Positions 30,276-39,151 of a stretch of 64,000 bases of DNA are shown here, piece by piece. The position numbers and the translations under genes are program-made. Position 1 is the stretch's first letter. The number at the start of each line of letters is the position of its first letter. This stretch comes from an uncultured Planctomycetales bacterium (GTDB taxonomy: Bacteria; Planctomycetota; Phycisphaerae; UBA1845; Fen-1342): assembly GCA_964572345.1 (NCBI GenBank), contig CAZNFA010000006.1:89437-153436 (forward strand), written 5' to 3'. Under the pieces are notes generated by a model. It worked only from the letters and a program-made list of their open reading frames with translations. It was not told the DNA's origin and ran no database searches.

Positions 30276-30560
30276 CAGCTAGTATACCCCATCCGGCGTA
30301 CCGCGCCCCGAATTACCACCACGCCAGGGGGCAAGCCGTGCTCGACCAGCGTGCCCTCGCGTGGCAGTGGAATTGCCGTCCAGTACCCCCCGGGCCGACG
30401 ACGACCGGTTCTATCGGCGATTGGCACCGCGATTATGAAATATTGCCTGAATTGCAATAGGCGCTTCCCGTAGAAGTGGTAGCCTTAGCATGTAGTCGGT
30501 CCTAGTCGCGCTGTGGCTATGGTATTGCGGCCCGGGTTTGCGGCCGGCGGAGGTCGAGAC

Positions 30561-31310
30561 ATGTTCGAAGCGACCACGATGACATTGGCGCTCAACCTAA
30601 CCGCCCTGACGACGGTGTACTGGGTGTGTCTGATCGTCGGCGGCGGGCTGTTGCTGATTTCGACGCTTCTCGGCAGCCATGCCGACGCGGACATCGACGC
30701 CGGCGACGCGCTCGACGCCATCCACGGCGCGCATATGGACGCCGATTTTGACGCTGACATCCACGCCGATTTCGACGCGGACATCAGCGCGGATGTCCAC
30801 GCGGATGTCGGGGCCGACACGGATCTGGCCACTCACGCCGGTCATGCCGACGCGGCCCACGGCGCCTTGGCGGGACTGTCCACCTGGTTCTCGATCCGCT
30901 TTCTGATCTTCGCCATCGCGGTTTTCGGGGCCCTCGGTGTGATCCTGACCCACATGACCGACCTGGCCGACACGAGAGCCACACTTGTCTTAGCGATCGC
31001 GCTGGCTGGGGGACTGGCGGTCGGCCAGCTCGTGCATCAACTTCTGCGTATGGTGCGGCGCACCTCGGGCGACAGCACTCCGCAGCCGTGGGACTACGTA
31101 AACAAGCTCGCCCGGGTGACGATCGCCATCAACCCACCCAAAAAGGGCCAGATCGCTCTCCTAGTGGGCCAAACGCGGCGCTACGTGGCCGCGGTCGCCC
31201 ACCGGTCCCGCGCAGATTTTAACGTCGGCGACGAGGTCGTCGTCGTCGCTTACCGGGCGGGGATCGCCGAGGTGATCTCCCGCAGCGAACATGAGGCTCT
31301 TACCGACTGA
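30561..31310 (+). CDS. NfeD-family membrane protein with a His/Asp-rich repeat segment
   Basis: ATG preceded by GGAGGT. N-terminal TM helices. Low-complexity segment HADADIDAGDALDAIHGAHMDADFDADIHADFDADISADVHADVGADTD. C-terminal OB-fold-like region (ARVTIAINPPKKGQIALLVGQTRRYVAAV...GDEVVVVAYRAGIAEV). It directly precedes a flotillin gene, the classic NfeD-SPFH pairing. Confidence 0.7.
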   Translation: MFEATTMTLALNLTALTTVYWVCLIVGGGLLLISTLLGSHADADIDAGDALDAIHGAHMDADFDADIHADFDADISADVHADVGADTDLATHAGHADAAHGALAGLSTWFSIRFLIFAIAVFGALGVILTHMTDLADTRATLVLAIALAGGLAVGQLVHQLLRMVRRTSGDSTPQPWDYVNKLARVTIAINPPKKGQIALLVGQTRRYVAAVAHRSRADFNVGDEVVVVAYRAGIAEVISRSEHEALTD

Positions 31311-31327
31311 CCCGAAGGAGGTGCTCC

Positions 31328-32674
31328 ATGAATACCGTTCTGCTCGCACAGGCCACCGTGGGAATCACCATCGGCATATTGGCCCTGTTTATCGTGCTGG
31401 CGATCATCATCGTGATCGCCAAGCTGGTCGTCGTCGGCCATCCGAACGAGATGCTGATCATCACCGGCGGACGAGGACGCGACGGCCTGGGCTATCGCAC
31501 CGTGATCGGCGGCCGCAAGATCGTGATCCCCGTGATCAACAAGGTCACCCGCCTCAACTTGCGAAACATGCAGGTCGCTCTCGAGGTCAAGGCCCAGTCC
31601 GGCGGCGGGAAGATGATGCCGGTCATCGTCACCGGTGTGGCCAACGTGAAGGTTTCGTCCGATCCGGCGGAACGCGGGGCGGCGATCGAGCGCTTCCTCG
31701 GCCAGCCGGTGCAGGAATTGCAGCGTGTCGCCCGCGAAACCCTCGAAGGCGGGCTGCGGGCGGTGATCGGCAAGATGACGCCCGAGGAGATCGTCGAAGA
31801 CCGCGACAAGTTCGTGGCCACTGTGATGCAGGAGGTCTCGGACGACTTCCGCAAGCTGGGCTTGCTCATCGACAGCGTGAACATCCAGAACGTGCACGAC
31901 GAGGAGCAGTACCTCGAGTCGATCGCCCGCAAGGCTCGCGCCGAAGTGATCTCCGCCGCCCGCAAGGCCGAGGCGTCCCGGGCCGCTGAGGCAGTCATCA
32001 AGGAGGCCGAGGCCAACGCCGACGCCCGCAAGGCCAAGGCCAACCGCGATGCCGAGGCCAAGACCATCGAGGCCGAATCTCTTCAGAAAGCCGAGCAGGC
32101 GCGCTATTCGGCCGAGACCGCGATTGCCGAGTCGGAGAACCTGCTCCGTATCCGCAAGGCCGAGCTGGCCCGCGAGGCGGCCCTCAAGGAGGCCGAGCAG
32201 CAGAAGGCCGCCGCCCAGGCCGAACAGGAGCGTCTCAGGGCGACTGAGGTCGCCAAAGCCCTTGCCGACCGCGACGTGGCCAAGGCCAAGGCCGAGGGCG
32301 ACGCCGCCTCCGTGTTCGAAGAAGGCAAATCCCGGGGCGCGGCGATCGAGCAGATCGGCAAGGCCATCCAGGCCAACCCGGACGCCCTCAAGGTCATGCT
32401 GGTCGAGATGATGCCGAACGTCGTCCGCTACCTGGCCGCCACCCTCAAGGAGGTCGACCTCGGCAACGTCACCGTGATCGACGGCGGCGACGGACGGGCC
32501 ATGGCCGGGGCGGCAATGGGCCGGGCCAGGATGCTCTCCGAATCGCTGGCCACGCTGGAGACCGTGCTGGGCGTCGATCTGCGCCAGCTCTCCCAGAACA
32601 TCGCCGGCAACATCGCGGCTAGGCCCGCCGAGGCCGAGCCAGCACCCACGAAAGGCCCCCCGCCGCCCCGGTAG
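31328..32674 (+). CDS. Flotillin / SPFH (band-7) domain protein
   Basis: AAGGAGGTG RBS. N-terminal TM. SPFH core (NEMLIITGGRG...IVIPVINKVTRLNLRNMQV...VTGVANVKV). A long Ala/Glu/Lys-rich coiled-coil and C-terminal flotillin-like region. Confidence 0.85.
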   Translation: MNTVLLAQATVGITIGILALFIVLAIIIVIAKLVVVGHPNEMLIITGGRGRDGLGYRTVIGGRKIVIPVINKVTRLNLRNMQVALEVKAQSGGGKMMPVIVTGVANVKVSSDPAERGAAIERFLGQPVQELQRVARETLEGGLRAVIGKMTPEEIVEDRDKFVATVMQEVSDDFRKLGLLIDSVNIQNVHDEEQYLESIARKARAEVISAARKAEASRAAEAVIKEAEANADARKAKANRDAEAKTIEAESLQKAEQARYSAETAIAESENLLRIRKAELAREAALKEAEQQKAAAQAEQERLRATEVAKALADRDVAKAKAEGDAASVFEEGKSRGAAIEQIGKAIQANPDALKVMLVEMMPNVVRYLAATLKEVDLGNVTVIDGGDGRAMAGAAMGRARMLSESLATLETVLGVDLRQLSQNIAGNIAARPAEAEPAPTKGPPPPR

Positions 32675-32800
32675 GGCCGCGTCGATTTGTCATTCCGAGC
32701 GCAGCGAGGAATCTAGCGGCGTGCCCCACTCCCCAACGCACACGGGGGTGGGGCACGGGTTTAGCTGTTCGCCATTCTGAATTCGCCGTTCTTTCCCGCG

Positions 32801-33334
32801 CTACTCGGGTACGCTCCGCAGCGCCTCTTTGATGGCCGGCTCGAGCCTCCTGCCGCGCACGTTGTCCGAAACGACTTTCCCGTCTTTGCCCACCAGGTAC
32901 ATCGCCGGGATTGCGCGGACACCATAACGCGCTGCCAACCTGCCTCCGCCATCGAAGATGTGGTGCCAGTTCATCTTCTCCCGCTTGACGAAGCGCTCGC
33001 AGTCTACCTGGCTCCGGTCGAGCGAGATGCTGATGATCTCGAAGCCCTGGTCATGGTACTTGTCGTAGAGCATCTTGACGTTGGGAATCTCCACGACACA
33101 CGGCGCGCACCAGGTAGCCCAGAAGTCGATCAGCACCACCTTGCCGCGAAACTGCTTCAGCGCGATGTTCTCGCCGGTGAGCAGATCCACTCCCTCAAGA
33201 TCCGAAAACGGCTGCCCGACGCTGACCGGTTGACCCCCGGGGTCGCAGCCGCTCAACAAAGCGCCGACGAAGAGACTGACGACCGCCCATATCCTTGTCT
33301 GCCCGTACGTGTCCGCTCTCCAGGAATGCTTCAG
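32801..33334 (-). CDS. TlpA-family thiol:disulfide oxidoreductase (thioredoxin fold, lipoprotein)
   Basis: WCAPC active site (VVLIDFWATWCAPCVVEIPN). Putative lipoprotein signal IWAVVSLFVGALLSGC. The start is ambiguous: no ATG precedes the signal peptide in frame, and CTG/other alternative starts near 33290-33340 are possible. Confidence 0.7.
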   Translation of the reverse strand: MKHSWRADTYGQTRIWAVVSLFVGALLSGCDPGGQPVSVGQPFSDLEGVDLLTGENIALKQFRGKVVLIDFWATWCAPCVVEIPNVKMLYDKYHDQGFEIISISLDRSQVDCERFVKREKMNWHHIFDGGGRLAARYGVRAIPAMYLVGKDGKVVSDNVRGRRLEPAIKEALRSVPE

Positions 33335-33464
33335 ATACCGGCGTCGCTCGATTGGCACCAATGGCACAGCCAAACCCCTCTGCAAACGTGTCGGCCCACC
33401 ATCACCATTGTGGCACACCGGTCGAGCAAAGCAAGCGAGAACCGGGTCGCGGCGGGGGGCTGGA

Positions 33465-34577
33465 TCACGGACTCGCCGGTTTGGTTTCGGCGGCGGCGCT
33501 GCGATTGTTCTCGGCAAACCAGCGCTGCAAGAGCTGCTGGGCCGGCTTGTTCTTGGGCGTGTAGTTGTAGTCTGCGGGGCCGCCGGGCGCCCCGGTCCAT
33601 TCCCACCAGACGACGCCGGCCAGCCCGGGCGTGCCGTCCCACACCTTCAGGAAGGCCTCGTAGAGGCGCCGCTGCTCTTCGTGTCCGGCCGGCGTGGCTT
33701 TCATGTTCTGGTAGTAATTCCACGGCGCCATCGCCGCCCCCTCCTGACTGCACCACCCCACCTCGGTCAGCAGAAGGGGCTTGCCCACGCGCCGTTGCCA
33801 AGCCGTCACCTCCCGGTGGATCGGCCGCCAATAGGCAACGATCTCGTCAACCGTCGGGTTCTTCTTGTCGGCCAGCTTGTAGTATGTCGTCATCCCGATG
33901 AAGTCGAGCTTGTCCCAGAAATTGACCGGCTTGTAATGGTCCCAGTTCGCCGAGTAGCCCAGCTTGCCTCCCGGGAAGTGAGCGCGCACCTTCTCGATGG
34001 TGCGCACCCACTGGTCGGTGTATTTCTCGGTGCTGACCAGCTCGGAACCGACGATCATCACCTCCGCCCCGCCGTCACGGGCGATATTGGCGATATAAAC
34101 GACGAACTCACGGTACTGCTCCCACCATTCGTCCCAATCAGGCGGCTTGATCACGCCGCGCCACTCGCTGCCCCGCGGATGGGTCAGCAGCACGATCGGC
34201 ATGACGATCACCCGCAGGCCGTGTTCGCGCGCCCGGCGGATGAGCGTCTCGAACTCCTCGGCCGAGGGCGTCTTGCGGGCCTCGATGAAGATCTTTTGAG
34301 ACTCGGCGTGCTCCATGAAACCGGGCGTGCTGAACAGCACCGTGTTTGCGCCCTGCTCGGCGACCTCGTGCAACAAGGGCGTGAAGGTCTCCACCGGCTT
34401 GTAGCCGGACTGGATCGGGATTGCCAACCCACGGTATTCAACACCGGTCGGCGCAGACGTCGGCGGAGGCGGCGTCGCTGGTCCGCGCGCGTCGGCCGAT
34501 TCGCGCCAACCCGCCCAGATCAGCGCTGCCACGACGGCTGCCCCTACGCCGATAGCTGCCACCGCCTTCGCAATCAT
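33465..34577 (-). CDS. Secreted TIM-barrel glycoside hydrolase-like protein (GH5/GH113-like)
   Basis: Signal anchor MIAKAVAAIGVGAAVVAALIWAGW. Motifs VIVMPIVLL, LLTEVGW, VVWWEW resemble a clan GH-A catalytic architecture. Exact family not determined. Confidence 0.5.
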   Translation of the reverse strand: MIAKAVAAIGVGAAVVAALIWAGWRESADARGPATPPPPTSAPTGVEYRGLAIPIQSGYKPVETFTPLLHEVAEQGANTVLFSTPGFMEHAESQKIFIEARKTPSAEEFETLIRRAREHGLRVIVMPIVLLTHPRGSEWRGVIKPPDWDEWWEQYREFVVYIANIARDGGAEVMIVGSELVSTEKYTDQWVRTIEKVRAHFPGGKLGYSANWDHYKPVNFWDKLDFIGMTTYYKLADKKNPTVDEIVAYWRPIHREVTAWQRRVGKPLLLTEVGWCSQEGAAMAPWNYYQNMKATPAGHEEQRRLYEAFLKVWDGTPGLAGVVWWEWTGAPGGPADYNYTPKNKPAQQLLQRWFAENNRSAAAETKPASP

Positions 34578-36223
34578 GGCTTGCCTTCATTCCCGCCACT
34601 GCTCGGCAGCGGCAGCGGGCTGAACAGCGGCACCCCTTCCAGGGTATCGTCTTCCGGCAAATCGCAACCCAAGAGCCTCATAAGCGTCGGCACCACGTCT
34701 ACCGCCCGGGCCAGTTCGATTGTCCCGCCGGGCTCGATCCCGGGCCCGGCGAACATCAGGGGAATACATACTTCCTGGCGATGGATTCCGCCATGCCCGC
34801 TCTTCTCGTACCCGAAGCTATACCCGTGGGCGGCAAACAACATTACCTCGCCCACCCTGGGAGAGCGCGATAGGGGGACGAGATGCGGGACCACGTCGGG
34901 ATAGGTGTGATCCGCGGTGGCATGCAGCCACGCGCGCGAATCGTGGAAACCGGACGCGACAAACGCCGCCAACTCAGGATCAGCCAGGTAGCCGAGGACA
35001 TCGTCGGGGACCGGGACATAACGGTATTCTAAGCCGCCTTCGCTCTCTCGTTCCTCGATGTGCCCCGAGCCGCGTGGCGAGCGGAGCGCCACCTCCCGGT
35101 CCGACACCGCATAGGCCACCAGGTCTATGCCGGGCAGGTCCCAGAGGCGTTGGCCTTCGGGCGGGGCCTCGAGAATGCTCTGCACCGTTTCGGGATCAGC
35201 CCGCGAATCCCAGCCCGCCGAACCCGCAAAGTGAATCGTCGCCCAGCGCATCGCGCTCTTGACGTAGACCGTGTCGAAGCGGTCGAAATAGCGCTGCCGA
35301 TGGCCGAACGGGCCGTCTTGCAGCGGCCGATCGGTAACGTCTCGGCCCAGCGTCTCGCGGATGTAGGTCATCAGATCGATGATCCCGTCCGTGTGCACCG
35401 GAACCATCCCGTGATCGCTGACCAACACGAGGTAGGTCGTCTCCAGCAGGCCCTGCGATCCCAGCCAGTCGCAGACCCGCCCGATCTGGTAGTCAAGATG
35501 CTTGATCGCGCGACGATAGCGGGGTGAGTCTACGCCGAACTCGTGTGCGATCGAATCTGCTCCGGGGAAGTAGCAGGTCAGCAACGCCGGCCAGCGCCGC
35601 TGCCCATTGGCCCAGCGCGCCACCCACTCGATCGTCGTCGCGGTCAGCTTGTCCACCGCAGTGTATTCGTGGAAGAACCACATCGTCCCGGAAACCGCCC
35701 AGTTGGCAAAGTTCTGCGTCAGGCCACGCTTGATAGGGCTCTGAATGCTGGCCGAGGCGGCCGGCTTAATCAGCTCGTAGATCGTCGGCACCGCGAAATC
35801 CTGATTCACGCTGCGGTAGGTCTTGATGGTGGCGTAGTCGCGGTAGAGCCGCGTTCGCCGGTCGAACCAGTGGTTCCCGATGATCCCGTGGCGTGCAGGG
35901 CTCACGCCGGTCGCATAGGTCGTCAGAATCCCGTACGTGATAGTGGGGAACTCGGTGGCGGCATGTCGGACCTGCGTTCCGCCTTCGACGAAGCGCTTTT
36001 GGATGTTTGGTAGCCAGCCTTCGCGGCATCCCTGGCGAACCAAGTCAACTGACATTCCGTCACACAGGAACAACACCACGCCCGGCTGCGGCCGCTCCAC
36101 GTCCGGCCGCAAGCGCACGCCTAAGGGCCCTCCCGGCCCGCAGCCGCTGGCCACCAGCAACAACAGCAGTCCCACGAGCGCGTGCCGCCATGCGGCCTGA
36201 GCAGTGCAGTACACCTCTCGCAT
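34574..36223 (-). CDS. Alkaline-phosphatase-superfamily nucleotide pyrophosphatase/phosphodiesterase (ENPP-like) lipoprotein
   Basis: Start at ATG (MREVYCTA...LLLLLVASGCG). Motifs FLCDGMSVDLV, TEFPTITYGILTTYATGVSPARHGIIGNHWFDR, VLVSDHGMVPV are typical of the type I phosphodiesterase / nucleotide pyrophosphatase family. The stop overlaps the start of the downstream glycoside-hydrolase-like gene. Confidence 0.75.
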   Translation of the reverse strand: MREVYCTAQAAWRHALVGLLLLLVASGCGPGGPLGVRLRPDVERPQPGVVLFLCDGMSVDLVRQGCREGWLPNIQKRFVEGGTQVRHAATEFPTITYGILTTYATGVSPARHGIIGNHWFDRRTRLYRDYATIKTYRSVNQDFAVPTIYELIKPAASASIQSPIKRGLTQNFANWAVSGTMWFFHEYTAVDKLTATTIEWVARWANGQRRWPALLTCYFPGADSIAHEFGVDSPRYRRAIKHLDYQIGRVCDWLGSQGLLETTYLVLVSDHGMVPVHTDGIIDLMTYIRETLGRDVTDRPLQDGPFGHRQRYFDRFDTVYVKSAMRWATIHFAGSAGWDSRADPETVQSILEAPPEGQRLWDLPGIDLVAYAVSDREVALRSPRGSGHIEERESEGGLEYRYVPVPDDVLGYLADPELAAFVASGFHDSRAWLHATADHTYPDVVPHLVPLSRSPRVGEVMLFAAHGYSFGYEKSGHGGIHRQEVCIPLMFAGPGIEPGGTIELARAVDVVPTLMRLLGCDLPEDDTLEGVPLFSPLPLPSSGGNEGKP

Positions 36224-36551
36224 AGGTACGCTTCCCCGAATTCGCGGCGTTTTCGGCGGGCCGGAGCACAACCATCGGCTCCGCGATCGAGCATTATCCG
36301 CATTCACGGGCGTGGTTCAACCCGCGGGCCGGCGCTACCGACCAGCGCGACGAACTCGCGGTGCCCGTGGAGCATCGCTTAGAGAAACGCCATCTCGCAC
36401 AGGCAGGTCTTGCCGCTGGTGCGCGGTCGTGTCGGCGGCCCCACTCGCAGACCTGAGTTGCGCCGCCGCGGATCGTACGCTGCGGGTGCCACCTGTTGAC
36501 TTGCTGCCGGATGCGCCCGAGCTCTGCCAGCGTAGCGGGTACATCCGCTGC

Positions 36552-37850
36552 TTATGTGCTCGGATCGAGCACGCGCCCCACGAACAGAATCGTCTTGGTC
36601 TCGATATCGCGGATGACGAAGATGAACGGCCGGTCAATCGTCACGTTCAGCTCAGACGGGGGGGCCGCGGTGAGCCCGACGATCACTGCCGTGGCCGCGG
36701 CGGCCTCCGTGCCCTCTTCGTCCACGGCCACGAACGCCTTGTGCAGGACGCCTTGGATGAACAGGTCCTGGCTGCCATTCATCCCGGAGAAGTCCGCCCC
36801 GCCCGTGAAGGCGATCGGCATCCCCATTGCCGACAGTACCTCGACCAGACTGAAATCGCGCGTGAAGCTGAAGCGCGGCATCGTCAGCGCCAGGTCTCGC
36901 GGGGCCGGCGCCTGTGCGATCGTATCCACGCAGGCCACATCCAGTGCCGCTTCAAACTCAGCGAACCGCGCCGCGTCCGGCAGAAAGATGACCATCGACA
37001 GCTCGCCGCCCTCATAGGGTAGCTCAATGGCTTGATAACCGTCGCCGGCCGCGTACCCGAAGCTGGCGTTCTGCCGCATCATCGGGACGGTGACCTGACT
37101 ACCGTCCAACCGATGGAAGGAACCGTCTTGCGTCAGCGCCTCGTCGAACGGCTCTTCCCACGCCGCCTTGAAGTAGACCGCGTTGGTGAGCACCAGCCGG
37201 GTCAGAGCCGTGATCGCCCCGGGCGCGATCAGGTCCTTGATTCGGTCTCGCGTCTGGTCTGCTACCCAGTCGTTGATCGCGACACGCGACTGCTCTGTTG
37301 CGTTGACGAAATCGAGCAGATTCAGCCCGGCTCCGTAGTTCTCCGCCAGGACATCGAGATAGCTCGCCAGAAACGAGTAGTCAACTTGGCCCCAGATGCG
37401 GTTGACGACGTGCAGCTCGAACTCGTCGCTGCTTGCGCCGCGGCTGGCCAAGGCTTGGTCAAGCACGTTGAACGCGGGGTGCAGACGGTCCTGCGGCAGC
37501 GTGAAGCGCAGGGCGTCGGCCATCTGCTGTTCGGTCTCGCCGCGTGCCCCGGCGTACGTCATCGCCAGCGCGATCGAGACGCTGTAGGGCGAGTAGAACA
37601 GGTTGCCATCCTGGTCGCCGACCTGCTGGTACAGATCGAAGGCGAAGGCAGTGTTGGCGGCGACGAGTTCCGCGAGGTCGCCGGCCGGCAATTCCGGGGA
37701 TGTGATCCGCGCCTTCTCGGACTTTACGAGTTGACCTGGCGCCGGCTCCAGTTGGTCCCCTTCAATCCACGGGCAGCCGGCGGACACCAAAATCACCGCC
37801 ACACACAGAATGCTAGCCAAGCTGGACCACCTGAGGCTTGTTGACGACAT
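36552..37850 (-). CDS. Serpin-family serine protease inhibitor (secreted/lipoprotein)
   Basis: Signal peptide MSSTSLRWSSLASILCVAVILVSAGC. Serpin hallmarks NTAFAFDLYQ..., FYSPYSVSIALAMTYAGARGET, and a C-terminal FIFVIRDIETKTILFVGRVLDP. Confidence 0.8.
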   Translation of the reverse strand: MSSTSLRWSSLASILCVAVILVSAGCPWIEGDQLEPAPGQLVKSEKARITSPELPAGDLAELVAANTAFAFDLYQQVGDQDGNLFYSPYSVSIALAMTYAGARGETEQQMADALRFTLPQDRLHPAFNVLDQALASRGASSDEFELHVVNRIWGQVDYSFLASYLDVLAENYGAGLNLLDFVNATEQSRVAINDWVADQTRDRIKDLIAPGAITALTRLVLTNAVYFKAAWEEPFDEALTQDGSFHRLDGSQVTVPMMRQNASFGYAAGDGYQAIELPYEGGELSMVIFLPDAARFAEFEAALDVACVDTIAQAPAPRDLALTMPRFSFTRDFSLVEVLSAMGMPIAFTGGADFSGMNGSQDLFIQGVLHKAFVAVDEEGTEAAAATAVIVGLTAAPPSELNVTIDRPFIFVIRDIETKTILFVGRVLDPST

Positions 37851-38459
37851 CGCTGAATCTCCCTGCCCCCCAGTCTTGTACCCGTTTGCCGTTTTTTCGT
37901 CCGCGCGAATTGTACGTTGCTCGCAAGTGTCCGGCAAAGGAGACTCGCGCTAGACGCGCATGGGCCGGCGGCTATGCCACAGGCGGGGTCCCCGGTGATC
38001 GGGCCGCACCGCAGGCCCGTGTTCTGCGGCCGGGCAGACCAGGCAGCCTTGCCCGCGGGCGCAGTGCCCCGGCGTGAGCAGTGCGTACGCGGGCCGGTAC
38101 GGCTTGTTCGTACACGCGCACGTTGTAGTCTCACGTCGAGGCGTCGCTCTGGTGCAAATTGATCACGCGATATTGCCGCCCCGGCCGGCTCCCGGACGAG
38201 GATCCTCGGCATTTTCCGCGTAGCCCCATGCAGATCGATTGGCCCCGCACGCACGCCTCATCCTCACCCTGGCGACGGCAGCGGCGGCGCGCCGGGCGAC
38301 TGTGTCTTTTGCAAGGGGTAGACTGCCCGTTTGGGAAATTTTAGCTTGAACCCGCGCAAGCGGCGCGGTACTCTGCGGCAGTCAATTCCCATAAAGCAAG
38401 ATGACGGAGGCGTCACGCGACCACGTGGCTCTCAGCACGCCGCATGGAAGGAGAAGAAA

Positions 38460-39095
38460 ATGAGCAAGATTCTAGCACTGGCTGCGGCGTTCGCGCTATG
38501 TTCCGCAGCCTACGCCGACATCGAGACCTACCTGGACTGCTTCTATCAGCCCGATCTCACGCCGGGTTCCGACCCGTACGTCCCCGATTTCAACGACGGG
38601 ACTTATTTCACGGTGGACCTTCGGGTGGAGCTGATCAACGGTGACGACTGGACCACGACAGAGGCGACCGCCACGATCGACGGCGGCGAGTTCTTCGATC
38701 ACCCGTTTAACGACGAGACGCCCCCGTGGATCATGCACCAGTGGCTCTACCGGGCCCTGGAGTTCGACTCCTTCTACTGCTCCACCGAGGCAGACCTGTA
38801 CAACAACCCGCCCTACGCGGACCCAGAGTTCGCCGTGGAGCATCACGAGGCGCAGTACCGGTACGCTGTGTGGTTTGACGTGCCCCCCAACGGGGGCCAG
38901 GGCGCGTTCCTCATCGCGCGCTACACGATTCACGCGCCGCCGGAAGAACTGCCAGTGACGTTCCACGTACAAGGTAGCAACACGACGTTCGACGGCGGCG
39001 GGACGCCGTATCCGTTCGAGTTCACGTGCGTCATTCCCGAGCCGCGGTCGCTGGCGCTACTGGGTCTGGGTCTGGCTCTGATTCGTCGGCGCTAG
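38460..39095 (+). CDS. PEP-CTERM sorting-domain protein (putative exosortase substrate)
   Basis: GGAAGGAG RBS. Signal peptide MSKILALAAAFALCSAAYA. C-terminal VIPEPRSLALLGLGLALIRRR (PEP motif, TM helix, basic tail). Confidence 0.8.
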   Translation: MSKILALAAAFALCSAAYADIETYLDCFYQPDLTPGSDPYVPDFNDGTYFTVDLRVELINGDDWTTTEATATIDGGEFFDHPFNDETPPWIMHQWLYRALEFDSFYCSTEADLYNNPPYADPEFAVEHHEAQYRYAVWFDVPPNGGQGAFLIARYTIHAPPEELPVTFHVQGSNTTFDGGGTPYPFEFTCVIPEPRSLALLGLGLALIRRR

Positions 39096-39151
39096 TTCGC
39101 GCTACCGGCCGCGCCGCCGGACGGGTCGCGTTGTCGTGTCAGCTCTGAGCG

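Noticed and set aside
30485-30953. Minus-strand ORFs opposite nfeD
   Set aside because: They mirror the GAC/GCG repeat DNA that encodes the His/Asp-rich tract of NfeD. The plus-strand gene has an RBS, TM helices and an operon partner.
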